A stretch of DNA of 64,000 nucleotides from Klebsiella phage vB_KpnM_VPA32: sequence record OP558005.1, one strand, 5' to 3'. Numbering within the stretch: position 1 is the stretch's first letter; each line of letters starts with the position of its first letter. The notes under the pieces were generated by a model. It was not told the DNA's origin and did not search any database. It saw only the letters and a program-made list of their open reading frames with translations. This document shows, piece after piece, positions 28,892-37,740 of this stretch. The position numbers were made by a program, and so were the translations under genes.

Positions 28892-29331
28892 TCAACAACT
28901 ACAATATCAGTATTTGGAGTAAACATATTAATTAGTGCTTCAATCTTTTCCCAATCACCGCCAGCAATACCGGCACCAATACGAGGAATGTAGACTTCCA
29001 CCTTAAACAGAGAACCAGATAAAAATTTATCTAATCTTTGAAAAGCATTAACTAACGCGCCGTAATCAAGATTAGGGCCTGGCTCATATTGAGTATAAAG
29101 ATTAAAGCAAGCACTTCCCTTTAATGCATATGCTAAACTAAAAGTTCCAAGCTTTTCACGGGCCGCATAATCAGTAGCTGCTTTATCCGTTGATAAAATA
29201 ACCGGAAATTTTGATGCAAGTTGGCCTGCTACACCAGCACCCATGGTGTGAAAACAATTGCATCCGTGAGCAATTACTTTGCCTTCGGAAAATAGCTTAA
29301 CAATATCACCTTTAATGTATTTTACAATCAT
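28876..29331 (-). CDS. macrodomain (ADP-ribose binding/processing) protein
   Basis: GDIVKL...VIAHGCNCFHTMGAGVAGQLASKFP resembles the macrodomain core (vvNAAN...GgGVagai..p). Confidence 0.55.
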   Translation of the reverse strand: MIVKYIKGDIVKLFSEGKVIAHGCNCFHTMGAGVAGQLASKFPVILSTDKAATDYAAREKLGTFSLAYALKGSACFNLYTQYEPGPNLDYGALVNAFQRLDKFLSGSLFKVEVYIPRIGAGIAGGDWEKIEALINMFTPNTDIVVVDWDGE

Positions 29332-29747
29332 CTTTTCCTCAACTCAGGTATGCTTTTAAATTGATAAGTAGCGTAGTTTTCAAATTCATCGTAAACTCGC
29401 ACATAAATTTCTTCGCCGCATGTTAAATTCTTAAAAGACTTCAAATCTTTTTCAGAAAAATCTATCGATACTCCATTGATGGTTCCAGAGGATTTGGCTC
29501 CGCAACCTCGAAAATGAATTGAACCACCCGGAATAATAGCTTGGTCTTCTTTGTTAGAGAAATTGTAAAATGATACACCAAAAGCTTTCTTTTTCGGATA
29601 GTAAGAAACTTCAATATTCTTTTTAAACGAACCAGTTGTTTCAACTAGCTTACCATCAATAGCGTAGATATTATCAGGATAGCCTGGGAGTTTTTCCCAG
29701 GCATTTACCGATAATGGTAGAGCTAGCAGAAATGCTGCTATTTTCAC
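29328..29747 (-). CDS. hypothetical secreted protein
   Basis: N-terminal signal peptide MKIAAFLLALPLSVNA. Confidence 0.4.
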   Translation of the reverse strand: MKIAAFLLALPLSVNAWEKLPGYPDNIYAIDGKLVETTGSFKKNIEVSYYPKKKAFGVSFYNFSNKEDQAIIPGGSIHFRGCGAKSSGTINGVSIDFSEKDLKSFKNLTCGEEIYVRVYDEFENYATYQFKSIPELRKR

Positions 29748-30070
29748 TTAGATAATCCCGCTATATACACCCTCAATAATGTGTCACGATATTCTTCGCA
29801 AACATTCATATCAGGCGCATTATCACACAACGACTCCAGGTCTTTAGCCTTACGAGCCACCAAGGTAGACCATTTAAAGCGGCTACCAGAATCAGTTTGT
29901 CCTTCAGCATAAGTTTTGTCAAAGTCAAATGACAAAATGTTCAAACACTCCGTATTAGTCTTAGTGCAGAATTGCTTTGCTAATGCCAGTGAATCATCCT
30001 GCTCAGTAGCAAAATCCATCTTACACCCAGATAGAGCAAAAACTATTAGAAGTACAAACAACCTTTTCAT
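29744..30070 (-). CDS. hypothetical lipoprotein
   Basis: lipobox LSGC after the signal sequence. Confidence 0.4.
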   Translation of the reverse strand: MKRLFVLLIVFALSGCKMDFATEQDDSLALAKQFCTKTNTECLNILSFDFDKTYAEGQTDSGSRFKWSTLVARKAKDLESLCDNAPDMNVCEEYRDTLLRVYIAGLSK

Positions 30071-30618
30071 TATTCCACCGTATAATGAAGCATTTTACGA
30101 GATTTCAAGTAATTCGCCTTTGCTAATACTTCAGAGGCGTACTTGTTGCCGGCTTTCCACTTGTTTCCTGCGTTGTATGACGCTATGGCTTTTCTCATAT
30201 CACCGTTATGACGGTCCAACCAATAGCTTAACTCAATGTACGCCCAAGCGGCGGAGTGCTTCCGGCTCTTTGCCATGCGGATGATTTCAGCGTCTGTCAT
30301 TGACCATCCGGCTTGTTTAACTCTTTCCCTAAGTGTAGGAAGATAATTTTGAAATATCCCGTAAGCTTGATGTCCGTGTTTACCAGTTGTACGTAAGCCT
30401 GCGGAACTTTCCTGCCAGACTAGTGCAGCCATAATGTAACCAAGTCCATCATTGTCATAGCGCTTACTATGGTCTTTATACTTCCCATTCTTCTGAAATT
30501 GTTCACCAAACGAATATGCGTAATGCAAATTGTCGAGTTGGACATTACTGAAGGTGTGTTCGGACGCGAATCCTAGAGACGAAACTAGGAGTAACGCCGC
30601 GCATAGAGCTTTTTTCAT
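30070..30618 (-). CDS. secreted lytic transglycosylase-like (SLT domain) protein
   Basis: signal peptide; E-S catalytic region ALVWQESS, AYGIFQ, SYNAGN motifs of family-1 lytic transglycosylases. Confidence 0.5.
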   Translation of the reverse strand: MKKALCAALLLVSSLGFASEHTFSNVQLDNLHYAYSFGEQFQKNGKYKDHSKRYDNDGLGYIMAALVWQESSAGLRTTGKHGHQAYGIFQNYLPTLRERVKQAGWSMTDAEIIRMAKSRKHSAAWAYIELSYWLDRHNGDMRKAIASYNAGNKWKAGNKYASEVLAKANYLKSRKMLHYTVE

Positions 30619-30636
30619 GTTTACCTCAAATTAAAG

Positions 30637-31107
30637 CTATAACTTGATAATCTTTGTGCTGATTTTACCTTTCAAGCGTTTATCATTTACAAATGCCATG
30701 CGACACTGCATGGAATGACCACGGAACGGATGTTCTGGGTTTGGTAAAGAAACAGTCATTCCAAGCCATAGAGTACCATCTGTGATTTCCAGACGTTGAG
30801 GTCTGTACTCTACTTCTGGGTCAATTTCCAATGGGTCAATTGGAAGCATCGGCATTTCTAAGAACTCGTGAATTTCTGTTACATGATTGTGTACTTTGTG
30901 GAACAGAGCGAACACATACTCTTCATCAATTTCTCGCTGGATAGCACGGTCCAGGAGGTGATTAGAATATTTAATAAAGAAAGCTGGAATACCAGCAGAT
31001 GCGCAAGCACTACGTATAGAATCGTTTACACTCTTGAATTCAGTCTCAAAGCGACGACGTAGCTTGTTTCGGCGGATGAATACTTCTGGATTAGTTGTCA
31101 TTTTCAA
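30637..31107 (-). CDS. regB: RegB endoribonuclease
   Basis: 156 aa; FIRRNKLRR..FE.EF...N..IR...A...H.KYS.HLLDRAIQREIDE.YVF.LFHK...H..E..EFL.MP...I....ID.EVEYRP.RLEITDG.LWLG matches T4 RegB. Confidence 0.85.
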   Translation of the reverse strand: MKMTTNPEVFIRRNKLRRRFETEFKSVNDSIRSACASAGIPAFFIKYSNHLLDRAIQREIDEEYVFALFHKVHNHVTEIHEFLEMPMLPIDPLEIDPEVEYRPQRLEITDGTLWLGMTVSLPNPEHPFRGHSMQCRMAFVNDKRLKGKISTKIIKL

Positions 31108-31116
31108 TCTCCTTTG

Positions 31117-31142
31117 TTGATAGGGCTATAGTATCATAGCCC
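31117..31142. repeat. 26-nt exact repeat ttgatagggctatagtatcatagccc (copy 1; palindromic early-promoter -10 region)
   Basis: second copy at 47128-47153; internal palindrome gggctat/atagccc flanks tagtatca. Confidence 0.7.
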
Positions 31143-31157
31143 TTGGAGAAAGTAAAT
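31126..31157 (-). promoter_or_regulatory. T4-type early promoter upstream of regB
   Basis: -10 TGATACTATA (plus tatagtatca), -35 variant ATTTAC. Confidence 0.45.
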
Positions 31158-31159
31158 AG

Positions 31160-31432
31160 TCAGTAGTTGTGGTCATCGTAGAACACTTGAAGCAGAACAT
31201 TGTTGCGCAGCTTCTTGGTGTCCGCGATGCGTTGACGGAGCTTGGAGATTTTATCCTGAACCGCATTGAAAGCATCAGAAGTCTTAGGGTCGTGAAGACC
31301 CATAGACTCATCCACAAGCTGCTCCATCTTTTCTTCCATAGCATTGATAGCTTCAGAGAAAGATTCAGAGACTTTGTTGCGGATAGACATTAATACTTTT
31401 CTTCTGGTTGGAATACTGAACGGCATGCCCAC
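31160..31432 (-). CDS. hypothetical protein (vs.3 position)
   Basis: 90 aa helical ORF. Confidence 0.35.
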   Translation of the reverse strand: MGMPFSIPTRRKVLMSIRNKVSESFSEAINAMEEKMEQLVDESMGLHDPKTSDAFNAVQDKISKLRQRIADTKKLRNNVLLQVFYDDHNY

Positions 31433-31668
31433 ATAGAAGCTTCTTTCAAACGATCAATTGCATTACGAATCTGAGTGATTCTAGAATGAGCTAGATCGAA
31501 TTCTTCGTCGCTTATAGTGTCAACATCCAAGTCCATGTAAACTTTGACATGCTCTTCTTCAAGAGCTTTAAAAATCAAGCCGAGACGAACTTCAGCATCT
31601 TTAATAGCATTCACTTTACCGATTTTATCATCGGTATGCGGCTTATAGCCCTTGATATCTTCAATCAT
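31390..31668 (-). CDS. hypothetical protein (T4 vs.4/Acb2 position and size)
   Basis: 92 aa ORF, second gene downstream of regB as vs.4 in T4. Confidence 0.35.
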   Translation of the reverse strand: MIEDIKGYKPHTDDKIGKVNAIKDAEVRLGLIFKALEEEHVKVYMDLDVDTISDEEFDLAHSRITQIRNAIDRLKEASMWACRSVFQPEEKY

Positions 31669-31859
31669 TCAGCTTTCCTTAATTTAAAAATTTGACCAGT
31701 AGGAGGAACCATTTTCTGAAGACCCCACGTTTTACCATAACCTGCATCTTCAGCAGATTTGTAATTGAACGGAGAAGAAGATTCATCTACCTCATCTTCT
31801 AATTCATAGTCTTTACGTTCAATCGACATAAGGAATTTCCTCGTCAGTTTCTTTATCAT
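31665..31859 (-). CDS. hypothetical protein
   Basis: 64 aa ORF. Confidence 0.3.
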   Translation of the reverse strand: MIKKLTRKFLMSIERKDYELEDEVDESSSPFNYKSAEDAGYGKTWGLQKMVPPTGQIFKLRKAE

Positions 31860-32058
31860 ATTCTACAATGCGAATAGGCTCATTCACACCGTAGCCTTGA
31901 ACACCGATATAAGTTTTAGCATCTTCCCATTGCATAGTTTCTTCATTCCACACACCATTAGCATGGGCTTCCATTAAATCTTGTTCGCCTTGGTTTGAAA
32001 ACCAGCTACAGAAACATTCAACCAAGTGGTCTGGGATATTGATAACAATTTGCGCCAT
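31819..32058 (-). CDS. hypothetical protein
   Basis: 79 aa ORF. Confidence 0.3.
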   Translation of the reverse strand: MAQIVINIPDHLVECFCSWFSNQGEQDLMEAHANGVWNEETMQWEDAKTYIGVQGYGVNEPIRIVEYDKETDEEIPYVD

Positions 32059-32393
32059 GTTGGCTCCAGAGAAATGACCTTACGGTCGTAAGTTACTAAG
32101 CTTGAAGTTTTAATGCCCTTACATGGGCCAGAGATAAATTCAACTTCAAACCATGGGTGCTCATTCATCAGACGTACATCTGGTGAAGTGCATAGGAACA
32201 ATGAACCTTTAAAAGGGCCATCTAAAAATCGATACAGTTTAGGTTCAAGAATGGATTTACCCGAAAATTTAATGTGAAACATGTCAATCAAAGTTTTCAC
32301 ATTGCAGCTTCCGGTAGAACGTAAAAAGCGGATATAATCTCCGACACTCATATTAAGGGCCCGAAGGCCCTTATCGAAACTTTCTTTCATCAT
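31974..32393 (-). CDS. hypothetical protein
   Basis: 139 aa ORF. Confidence 0.4.
   Translation of the reverse strand: MMKESFDKGLRALNMSVGDYIRFLRSTGSCNVKTLIDMFHIKFSGKSILEPKLYRFLDGPFKGSLFLCTSPDVRLMNEHPWFEVEFISGPCKGIKTSSLVTYDRKVISLEPTWRKLLSISQTTWLNVSVAGFQTKANKI
32357..32370 (-). terminator. GGGCC-UUCG-GGCCC tetraloop hairpin (copy 2 of 3)
   Basis: gggcccgaaggccc also at 4938-4951 and 36379-36392. Confidence 0.4.
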
Positions 32394-32944
32394 TGCATTC
32401 CTATCACAAAGAACAACGGTAACATTTCTTTACCAGTAACATGAGCTTGATTAATACAGGCATAAAACGGTCCTTTGAAATGGGCTTCATAGAATTTTTC
32501 CATTTCAGGGAGTTTCATTGGTTCTTCTATAATATACAAAATTCTATTAAGCGTTCGGCCACGAGCCTTTGAACAACCATCGCTCAGAAAACTTCGCACA
32601 GTGTCCATGATAATCATGCGTTTGGCTTCTTCTGGATTTGCTTGATGGATGAGTTCTTTCTCATAACAAGCTCGTATTCTTCTGGCTGTTTCTTCGGAGT
32701 TTCGTTGATGGGTGCTAATAATCCAGACAGTTCCGCCGTCGTGTAACCAATCAGCTGCAAATTCAGCAACAGCTTTAGTTTTGCCTGACTGGCGTCCACC
32801 ATCAATTTTTAGCGTAGCATATTCACGTAGAATATCTATAGGAGTGTAATGACTTTCTTTGAGGATTTCTATACAATCATCAGCACGGATTTTGAATGCG
32901 TGCATCAGGGATAGATATGGAGCAAATAGAGATTTCATTTTCAT
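32390..32944 (-). CDS. P-loop NTPase with terminase-like Walker A (GRQSGKT)
   Basis: IDGGRQSGKTKAV...; start trimmed to MKMKSL because the ORF-track N-terminus runs into a GC-rich intergenic segment. Confidence 0.45.
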   Translation of the reverse strand: MKMKSLFAPYLSLMHAFKIRADDCIEILKESHYTPIDILREYATLKIDGGRQSGKTKAVAEFAADWLHDGGTVWIISTHQRNSEETARRIRACYEKELIHQANPEEAKRMIIMDTVRSFLSDGCSKARGRTLNRILYIIEEPMKLPEMEKFYEAHFKGPFYACINQAHVTGKEMLPLFFVIGMQ

Positions 32945-33135
32945 AGAGTTACTTACCGTTAGTGAGGGCCTTCCATGGCTCAAGAATTTCCATCAGCTAG
33001 CGGGAGTGCTAGGACCCTGATTGTAACTGGCTTTACCGCACTTGGGCTCGACCTTTTCACAGGTACCAGAAGCTACTTCACTCAGAGGACACGACGTTCA
33101 TGAGGAGAGGTCCAGGTTGGCTTTTTGATTGAGGA

Positions 33136-33429
33136 TTAACTAAATGGGTCAACCAATTTATTGCCTTCACGACGGAAGACTTTAGCAGCAAATTTATTGG
33201 TTGGGTTATCAACCATAATTTTGCGCATATGACCGGTTGCTACAGTGCGGGCTGCTTTATATCCAGCGATATTATCCTTGATAGTTACGCGCTTACCACC
33301 GGGACCATCCGCAGTTACTTTCCAGACACCAGTGTCATCACCAGGTTTGATATTCTCAATCCAGATGTAACCGCCTTGTACTCGCTTTTGTTCAGCTGCT
33401 TCATTTAAAAATTCATTATAGGTTTTCAT
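33136..33429 (-). CDS. internal head protein with N-terminal capsid-targeting sequence (ipIII locus)
   Basis: [11 protein letters not shown]... matches the [11 protein letters not shown] capsid-targeting sequence of T4 IPs; immediately downstream of e. Confidence 0.55.
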   Translation of the reverse strand: MKTYNEFLNEAAEQKRVQGGYIWIENIKPGDDTGVWKVTADGPGGKRVTIKDNIAGYKAARTVATGHMRKIMVDNPTNKFAAKVFRREGNKLVDPFS

Positions 33430-33910
33430 ATGCTTTCCATGTTCCAACTCGGAATGTTTCAATTACTCGTTTAGCACGATTTGGTGTCTGACGATACCAC
33501 TTGGAATTAGCAAGCTCTTTTGCAGCTGCTTCCCATTGTTTTGATTTAAGCAGACGCATTGATGCTGGGAAACCAGCTACACCTGCAACGCCCATCTGGA
33601 AAACCATATTAATGAGTGCAGCGCGACGAACTCCATCAAGTACATCATATACTGGTTTTAATACAGCATTTCCGAGAATCCCTCGAGTTGCTTTATCGAC
33701 ATCTTTCGCAAAAATAGCTTCTGCTTCAGCTTTTGTGATTTGACCATTACACGGACGCCCCACAAGCTTATCAAGTTCTCGTTTAGCAACATCAAGAGAA
33801 GGGTCACGAGTCAAAAGGTGACCGATACCGATTGTCCAAAAACCTTCGGTGTCTTTATAGATTTTAGAATCGTATCCTTCATCGATACGAAGCATGCCAA
33901 AAATGTCCAT
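33416..33910 (-). CDS. e: lysozyme (endolysin) e
   Basis: 164 aa; [33 protein letters not shown]...; same length and pattern as T4 lysozyme. Confidence 0.9.
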   Translation of the reverse strand: MDIFGMLRIDEGYDSKIYKDTEGFWTIGIGHLLTRDPSLDVAKRELDKLVGRPCNGQITKAEAEAIFAKDVDKATRGILGNAVLKPVYDVLDGVRRAALINMVFQMGVAGVAGFPASMRLLKSKQWEAAAKELANSKWYRQTPNRAKRVIETFRVGTWKAYENL

Positions 33911-33943
33911 GAGGACCTCCTATCAGTTGATAGGAGTATTTAT

Positions 33944-34423
33944 TTAGCATTCCCAAAGAGCGTCTTGAATGACCTTTGGATAAAGTTTTTGCATAACTGA
34001 GAATAAACTTGGACCCATTACTACATTCCACATACGCGGATGAATCAAAGCAAATGCATCGATTTCAGGGAATTCATTTCCGTCTTCATCTGTATGATAT
34101 GCTGTGCAAACACAATCTCTGAATTGAGAGTGTTCCACTGGATGCATGTATTGGAAAAGATGTATATCTTTATTGCTAGCATAATCATGACGACCTAGGT
34201 CAACCAGTAAACTCTGGTCGTAATCAACAAAGCCGGTTTCTTCACGACATTCGCGAATAGCTGCTTCAATAGGTGTTTCACCTTCTTCAATATGACCCTT
34301 TGGAATATCCCAGCGTGATGGCCCACCGCCTAATCCAGAATTAGTCACTCTTCCCATGAATAGTTCGTAGTCTTCGGTAAAGAAGATAATTCCTGCAGAG
34401 ACTTCTTTAATTTTCTTACTCAA
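33944..34423 (-). CDS. nudE: Nudix hydrolase NudE
   Basis: Nudix box GHIEEGETPIEAAIRECREETGF. Confidence 0.8.
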   Translation of the reverse strand: MSKKIKEVSAGIIFFTEDYELFMGRVTNSGLGGGPSRWDIPKGHIEEGETPIEAAIRECREETGFVDYDQSLLVDLGRHDYASNKDIHLFQYMHPVEHSQFRDCVCTAYHTDEDGNEFPEIDAFALIHPRMWNVVMGPSLFSVMQKLYPKVIQDALWEC

Positions 34424-34650
34424 ATTTCACCCCAACTAATTTCACGAAGTCTTTGCATGATTGACTCAACTTCTTCAATCATATCTTCATCACAGTCAAA
34501 CGAACCTTCTACCATCCAATCACTAATTGGAGTGAACATTTCCAGGTCCGTAGCAAGACGATTACGAATATCATCAACTGACTCATTATCATTAAAAGAG
34601 TACAAATAAGAATCAGCTGATTCGGATTTTACAAATACTGCAATACTCAT
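34420..34650 (-). CDS. hypothetical acidic protein
   Basis: 76 aa ORF. Confidence 0.35.
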   Translation of the reverse strand: MSIAVFVKSESADSYLYSFNDNESVDDIRNRLATDLEMFTPISDWMVEGSFDCDEDMIEEVESIMQRLREISWGEI

Positions 34651-34958
34651 ACCTTTTCCTCTAAGAAGTCCGACAGCTTAAAATCTTTACGGTCCATCAG
34701 ACCGTAATGAATGTTCTTCAGCGTATCGTACATGTCCCAGTACTTTTCTTTTAGCATATTACCAAATGGTGGAATGTAAAGCTTATCCCATTTAGCAGCT
34801 AATTGGCCGCTGCGCAGTTCTCCTGGAACATTTTCAACGATACGTAAAACTTTAGTTGCAACCTCATAATCGGATGGCGGAATCCATCCCCAATTATGAT
34901 GGACTGAACCGTTAATTTCGCCATTCAGCGAAGTAAAAATTGTAGCTGGACAACTCAT
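34647..34958 (-). CDS. hypothetical protein
   Basis: 103 aa ORF. Confidence 0.35.
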   Translation of the reverse strand: MSCPATIFTSLNGEINGSVHHNWGWIPPSDYEVATKVLRIVENVPGELRSGQLAAKWDKLYIPPFGNMLKEKYWDMYDTLKNIHYGLMDRKDFKLSDFLEEKV

Positions 34959-35317
34959 CGTGTACCTCTAATACCTTGAATGAAATTTAAAGCATCTTCA
35001 CCTGGTGGAACTTCTTTAGGCTTAGATTTCGATTTAAAGAGTTTCCATTCTCGTTTTTGGTCAAAAGTTCTTCGTTGAACCTGACCGAGATAAAATAACC
35101 ACTTTCCAATCCAGTAGAATGGAGTTAAAATTCCGGCCATCCAACCGACGAAAAGTAATTGTTCTCCATACAGAGGACTAAAGAAGTACAATCCCCAATA
35201 TAAACCAAATCCATTAAGCATTGTGAACATAAAGCAAATAATAATAGTGCCAATAGTCCATCCGAAATTATCATATGAACCAGCATCTTTGAATCCGCGA
35301 AATAATGTTTTAATCAT
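34955..35317 (-). CDS. small membrane protein (e.x paralog family)
   Basis: 120 aa, 2-3 TM helices. Confidence 0.4.
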   Translation of the reverse strand: MIKTLFRGFKDAGSYDNFGWTIGTIIICFMFTMLNGFGLYWGLYFFSPLYGEQLLFVGWMAGILTPFYWIGKWLFYLGQVQRRTFDQKREWKLFKSKSKPKEVPPGEDALNFIQGIRGTR

Positions 35318-35652
35318 CGTTTAATCCTGCATCTGGAGATAAAGTTCTCTAAATTTTGTTTGTCGTCGTAAATGGCCTTGGCTTTAGTAAACAGTTTAAC
35401 ATGAATTTTACAATAGCACCATTTGATAAAAGAATCTAAAACTATTACCACGAATAATGAGCATAAAGCACTTAGTGGTACAGAGATAATCATTTCAGCT
35501 ACAAATCCATTGAACCACCAAACTACGAAATTTGATATGAAGACAGTAAGTATAATAATTGCCCAACAAACGTCGTCCTCATATTTCGACTTGAATCTAT
35601 CTTCAATTTCTCGTTCAAAATGTCTGATATTCATTTTAGGATTGTATTTCAT
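35314..35652 (-). CDS. small membrane protein (e.x paralog family; C-terminal ENFISRCRIKR)
   Basis: 112 aa, 2 TM helices. Confidence 0.4.
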   Translation of the reverse strand: MKYNPKMNIRHFEREIEDRFKSKYEDDVCWAIIILTVFISNFVVWWFNGFVAEMIISVPLSALCSLFVVIVLDSFIKWCYCKIHVKLFTKAKAIYDDKQNLENFISRCRIKR

Positions 35653-35993
35653 TTTTTACCTCGACATTCCGCAATGAATTCTTCTGATTCTCGGATTATT
35701 CTATTACGAATAACTTTAGCGTTCTGTTCAGCTAAGCGTTTATTTTCTGGTCGCATCACCCACCAAATTGCAATCTTGGGAGCTTTATTGTTTGACCAAA
35801 TCATAAAAGGTATAGCTATAAAAATAGATGTGACGAACCAAATTGGAGCATATGGGTCAGGTAAAAGAATAGAAGGAAAGAAACACAATGCCACCGTAAT
35901 TACAGATGCAGCAAGACAAACCATCATATGCCAAAAGTCTGCTTTTTCTTCAAGTTCTCTTAATTCGCTTCTTGGCTGATATCCCATGATCAT
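35649..35993 (-). CDS. small membrane protein (e.x paralog family; C-terminal EEFIAECRGKK)
   Basis: 114 aa, 2 TM helices. Confidence 0.4.
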   Translation of the reverse strand: MIMGYQPRSELRELEEKADFWHMMVCLAASVITVALCFFPSILLPDPYAPIWFVTSIFIAIPFMIWSNNKAPKIAIWWVMRPENKRLAEQNAKVIRNRIIRESEEFIAECRGKK

Positions 35994-36364
35994 TTCCTCG
36001 CTTTACGGCAGTCATTAATAAAGCATTCAAACCGTTCAACTTTGCTGAGCTTTGACACTATTTTATTTCTTCGCATGCCAATTAAAATTTGTGCAATCAC
36101 GTTAACAAATTCACCAATCAACATAACAATGATACCAAACATTCCCCAACCAAAGCATGTAAATGCAGCCATTGCTCCAGCTGAATCAGCTCTTTCTTCT
36201 TTTGGAAGATTTGTAATATCAGACCAACCCCAAAATACAATAATTCCGTATAGTGTCAATGCAACACACCAGCAGAGCTTTTCATTTCTGGTCAAAATAT
36301 ATCTGACTTTGGTTGAAAGAGAATCCGTTTTAGCAATTTTAGCTTTAAGTTCAGTTGAATTCAT
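35990..36364 (-). CDS. small membrane protein (e.x paralog family; C-terminal ECFINDCRKARK)
   Basis: 124 aa, 2 TM helices. Confidence 0.4.
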   Translation of the reverse strand: MNSTELKAKIAKTDSLSTKVRYILTRNEKLCWCVALTLYGIIVFWGWSDITNLPKEERADSAGAMAAFTCFGWGMFGIIVMLIGEFVNVIAQILIGMRRNKIVSKLSKVERFECFINDCRKARK

Positions 36365-36397
36365 TTTATTTTCCTCATAGGGCCCGAAGGCCCTTTA

Positions 36398-37315
36398 TCA
36401 TTTAAACGGACGAATCATATCAAAGTTTTGTTTAAAGCGTTTGACATAATCTGTCTTTCCAAGTTTCTTATGCATTGCAACTATCTTATGGTAGTTTTCC
36501 CATGCATATTCACGAAACCAGCCAGATGTAATGCTAGTACAAACTTTTTCCAAAGCGTACATAAATGAACCCGTAGGGTCTGGGTTGAAATTATTTGGAA
36601 TTTGATGACGTTCTAAAGCAAGTACACAAGTTTCTTCATATACGCCTGCAAGCTTGAGTTCTTCAGGAAGAGAATCAAATTTCTCTTTTGAAGTCATTAC
36701 TTCAGAGCCATCTTTCATGTAGAAGGTATAAGCAGGACGCCCAGCTAAGGCCACTGCTTCGTGAATTGAATCGTGGTCATAGATGTAAAAATCATCTTTG
36801 AAGAAAGAATCTTTATCTACATCCAAATTAGGATGAGAATATGCTAACGTTTCTTTCTGGCGCAGTTCAGAAATCTTTTTCAGTTTACTGTCTAAAACAA
36901 TTCCTTTATTACGCAAGAAACGAATATGATGCATAGTCTTTTGGAAGAAACGAGTGTTCTTCTTGAATCGGTGAGACATCTTAATTGCTAAGCACATCTC
37001 AGGAGTTGCCCAATACATCTGTGAAAGCGCATCATAGCATCCATTAAATACTGCGTAGTGAGCAAGCAGTTCAGACGAACTTTCGTCATTATATTCAAAA
37101 ATGTATGCTTCAAAATAAGTCTCACGACCGTTGTGCATACATTTGAAAGCGCGTACATTAGGAGATTGAACTTCAACCTCTGTGCCGTTCATACGGTTTT
37201 TGAAATGAAGCCATTCACCTGGAGACGCAATGAAGTCCCAATCAGAATTCTTAACATCACTGTACTCAATGAGTCCATGGTGGTGTAGAGCTCTAGAACC
37301 AATAACCAGCAACAT
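36398..37315 (-). CDS. hypothetical protein (weak nucleotidyltransferase-like N-terminus)
   Basis: 305 aa; IGSRALHHHG...SDWDF loosely resembles GS...DxD. Confidence 0.35.
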   Translation of the reverse strand: MLLVIGSRALHHHGLIEYSDVKNSDWDFIASPGEWLHFKNRMNGTEVEVQSPNVRAFKCMHNGRETYFEAYIFEYNDESSSELLAHYAVFNGCYDALSQMYWATPEMCLAIKMSHRFKKNTRFFQKTMHHIRFLRNKGIVLDSKLKKISELRQKETLAYSHPNLDVDKDSFFKDDFYIYDHDSIHEAVALAGRPAYTFYMKDGSEVMTSKEKFDSLPEELKLAGVYEETCVLALERHQIPNNFNPDPTGSFMYALEKVCTSITSGWFREYAWENYHKIVAMHKKLGKTDYVKRFKQNFDMIRPFK

Positions 37316-37342
37316 AATATTTTCCTCTTTAGAATGTAGAAC

Positions 37343-37373
37343 TACTATAACACATTTGACTGGTGTTGTAAAC
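37343..37373 (-). promoter_or_regulatory. T4-type early promoter
   Basis: plus tgtaaacgg 37367-37375 with AT-rich -10 17 nt away. Confidence 0.45.
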
Positions 37374-37740
37374 GGTTCTTTCTACACATTCTGATGAAGT
37401 TTTCAATAGGCTCTTCTGGTCTATTGGCTGGATAGCATTTCTTCCAGTTCCAACCGCCTAGTAAGTCAAAGATTTGGTCAGGAAGAGAATCCCATGGATG
37501 CTCTCTTTCGCGGAGTTGAAGCACAATATCACCGGCTGCTTCTCTAATTCCAGTATCAAGTTTTCCATTACAAATCACGACATCCATGAGTACTGCAAGA
37601 CAACAACTATCATGGCTTCCGTATTTGTTCGGATAGTAGAAATAATGGTCAATAATGTAGCAGCAATTACGGTCTAAACCTTTCATAGTGTTCCTCCAGT
37701 GATTCTGGGGAAACTTTTCAGTCTCCCCATATATTACCAT
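37345..37740 (-). CDS. hypothetical Cys-rich protein sharing the C-terminal ENFIRMCRKNR motif
   Basis: 131 aa; motif shared with the membrane paralogs at 35314-36364. Confidence 0.4.
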   Translation of the reverse strand: MVIYGETEKFPQNHWRNTMKGLDRNCCYIIDHYFYYPNKYGSHDSCCLAVLMDVVICNGKLDTGIREAAGDIVLQLREREHPWDSLPDQIFDLLGGWNWKKCYPANRPEEPIENFIRMCRKNRLQHQSNVL

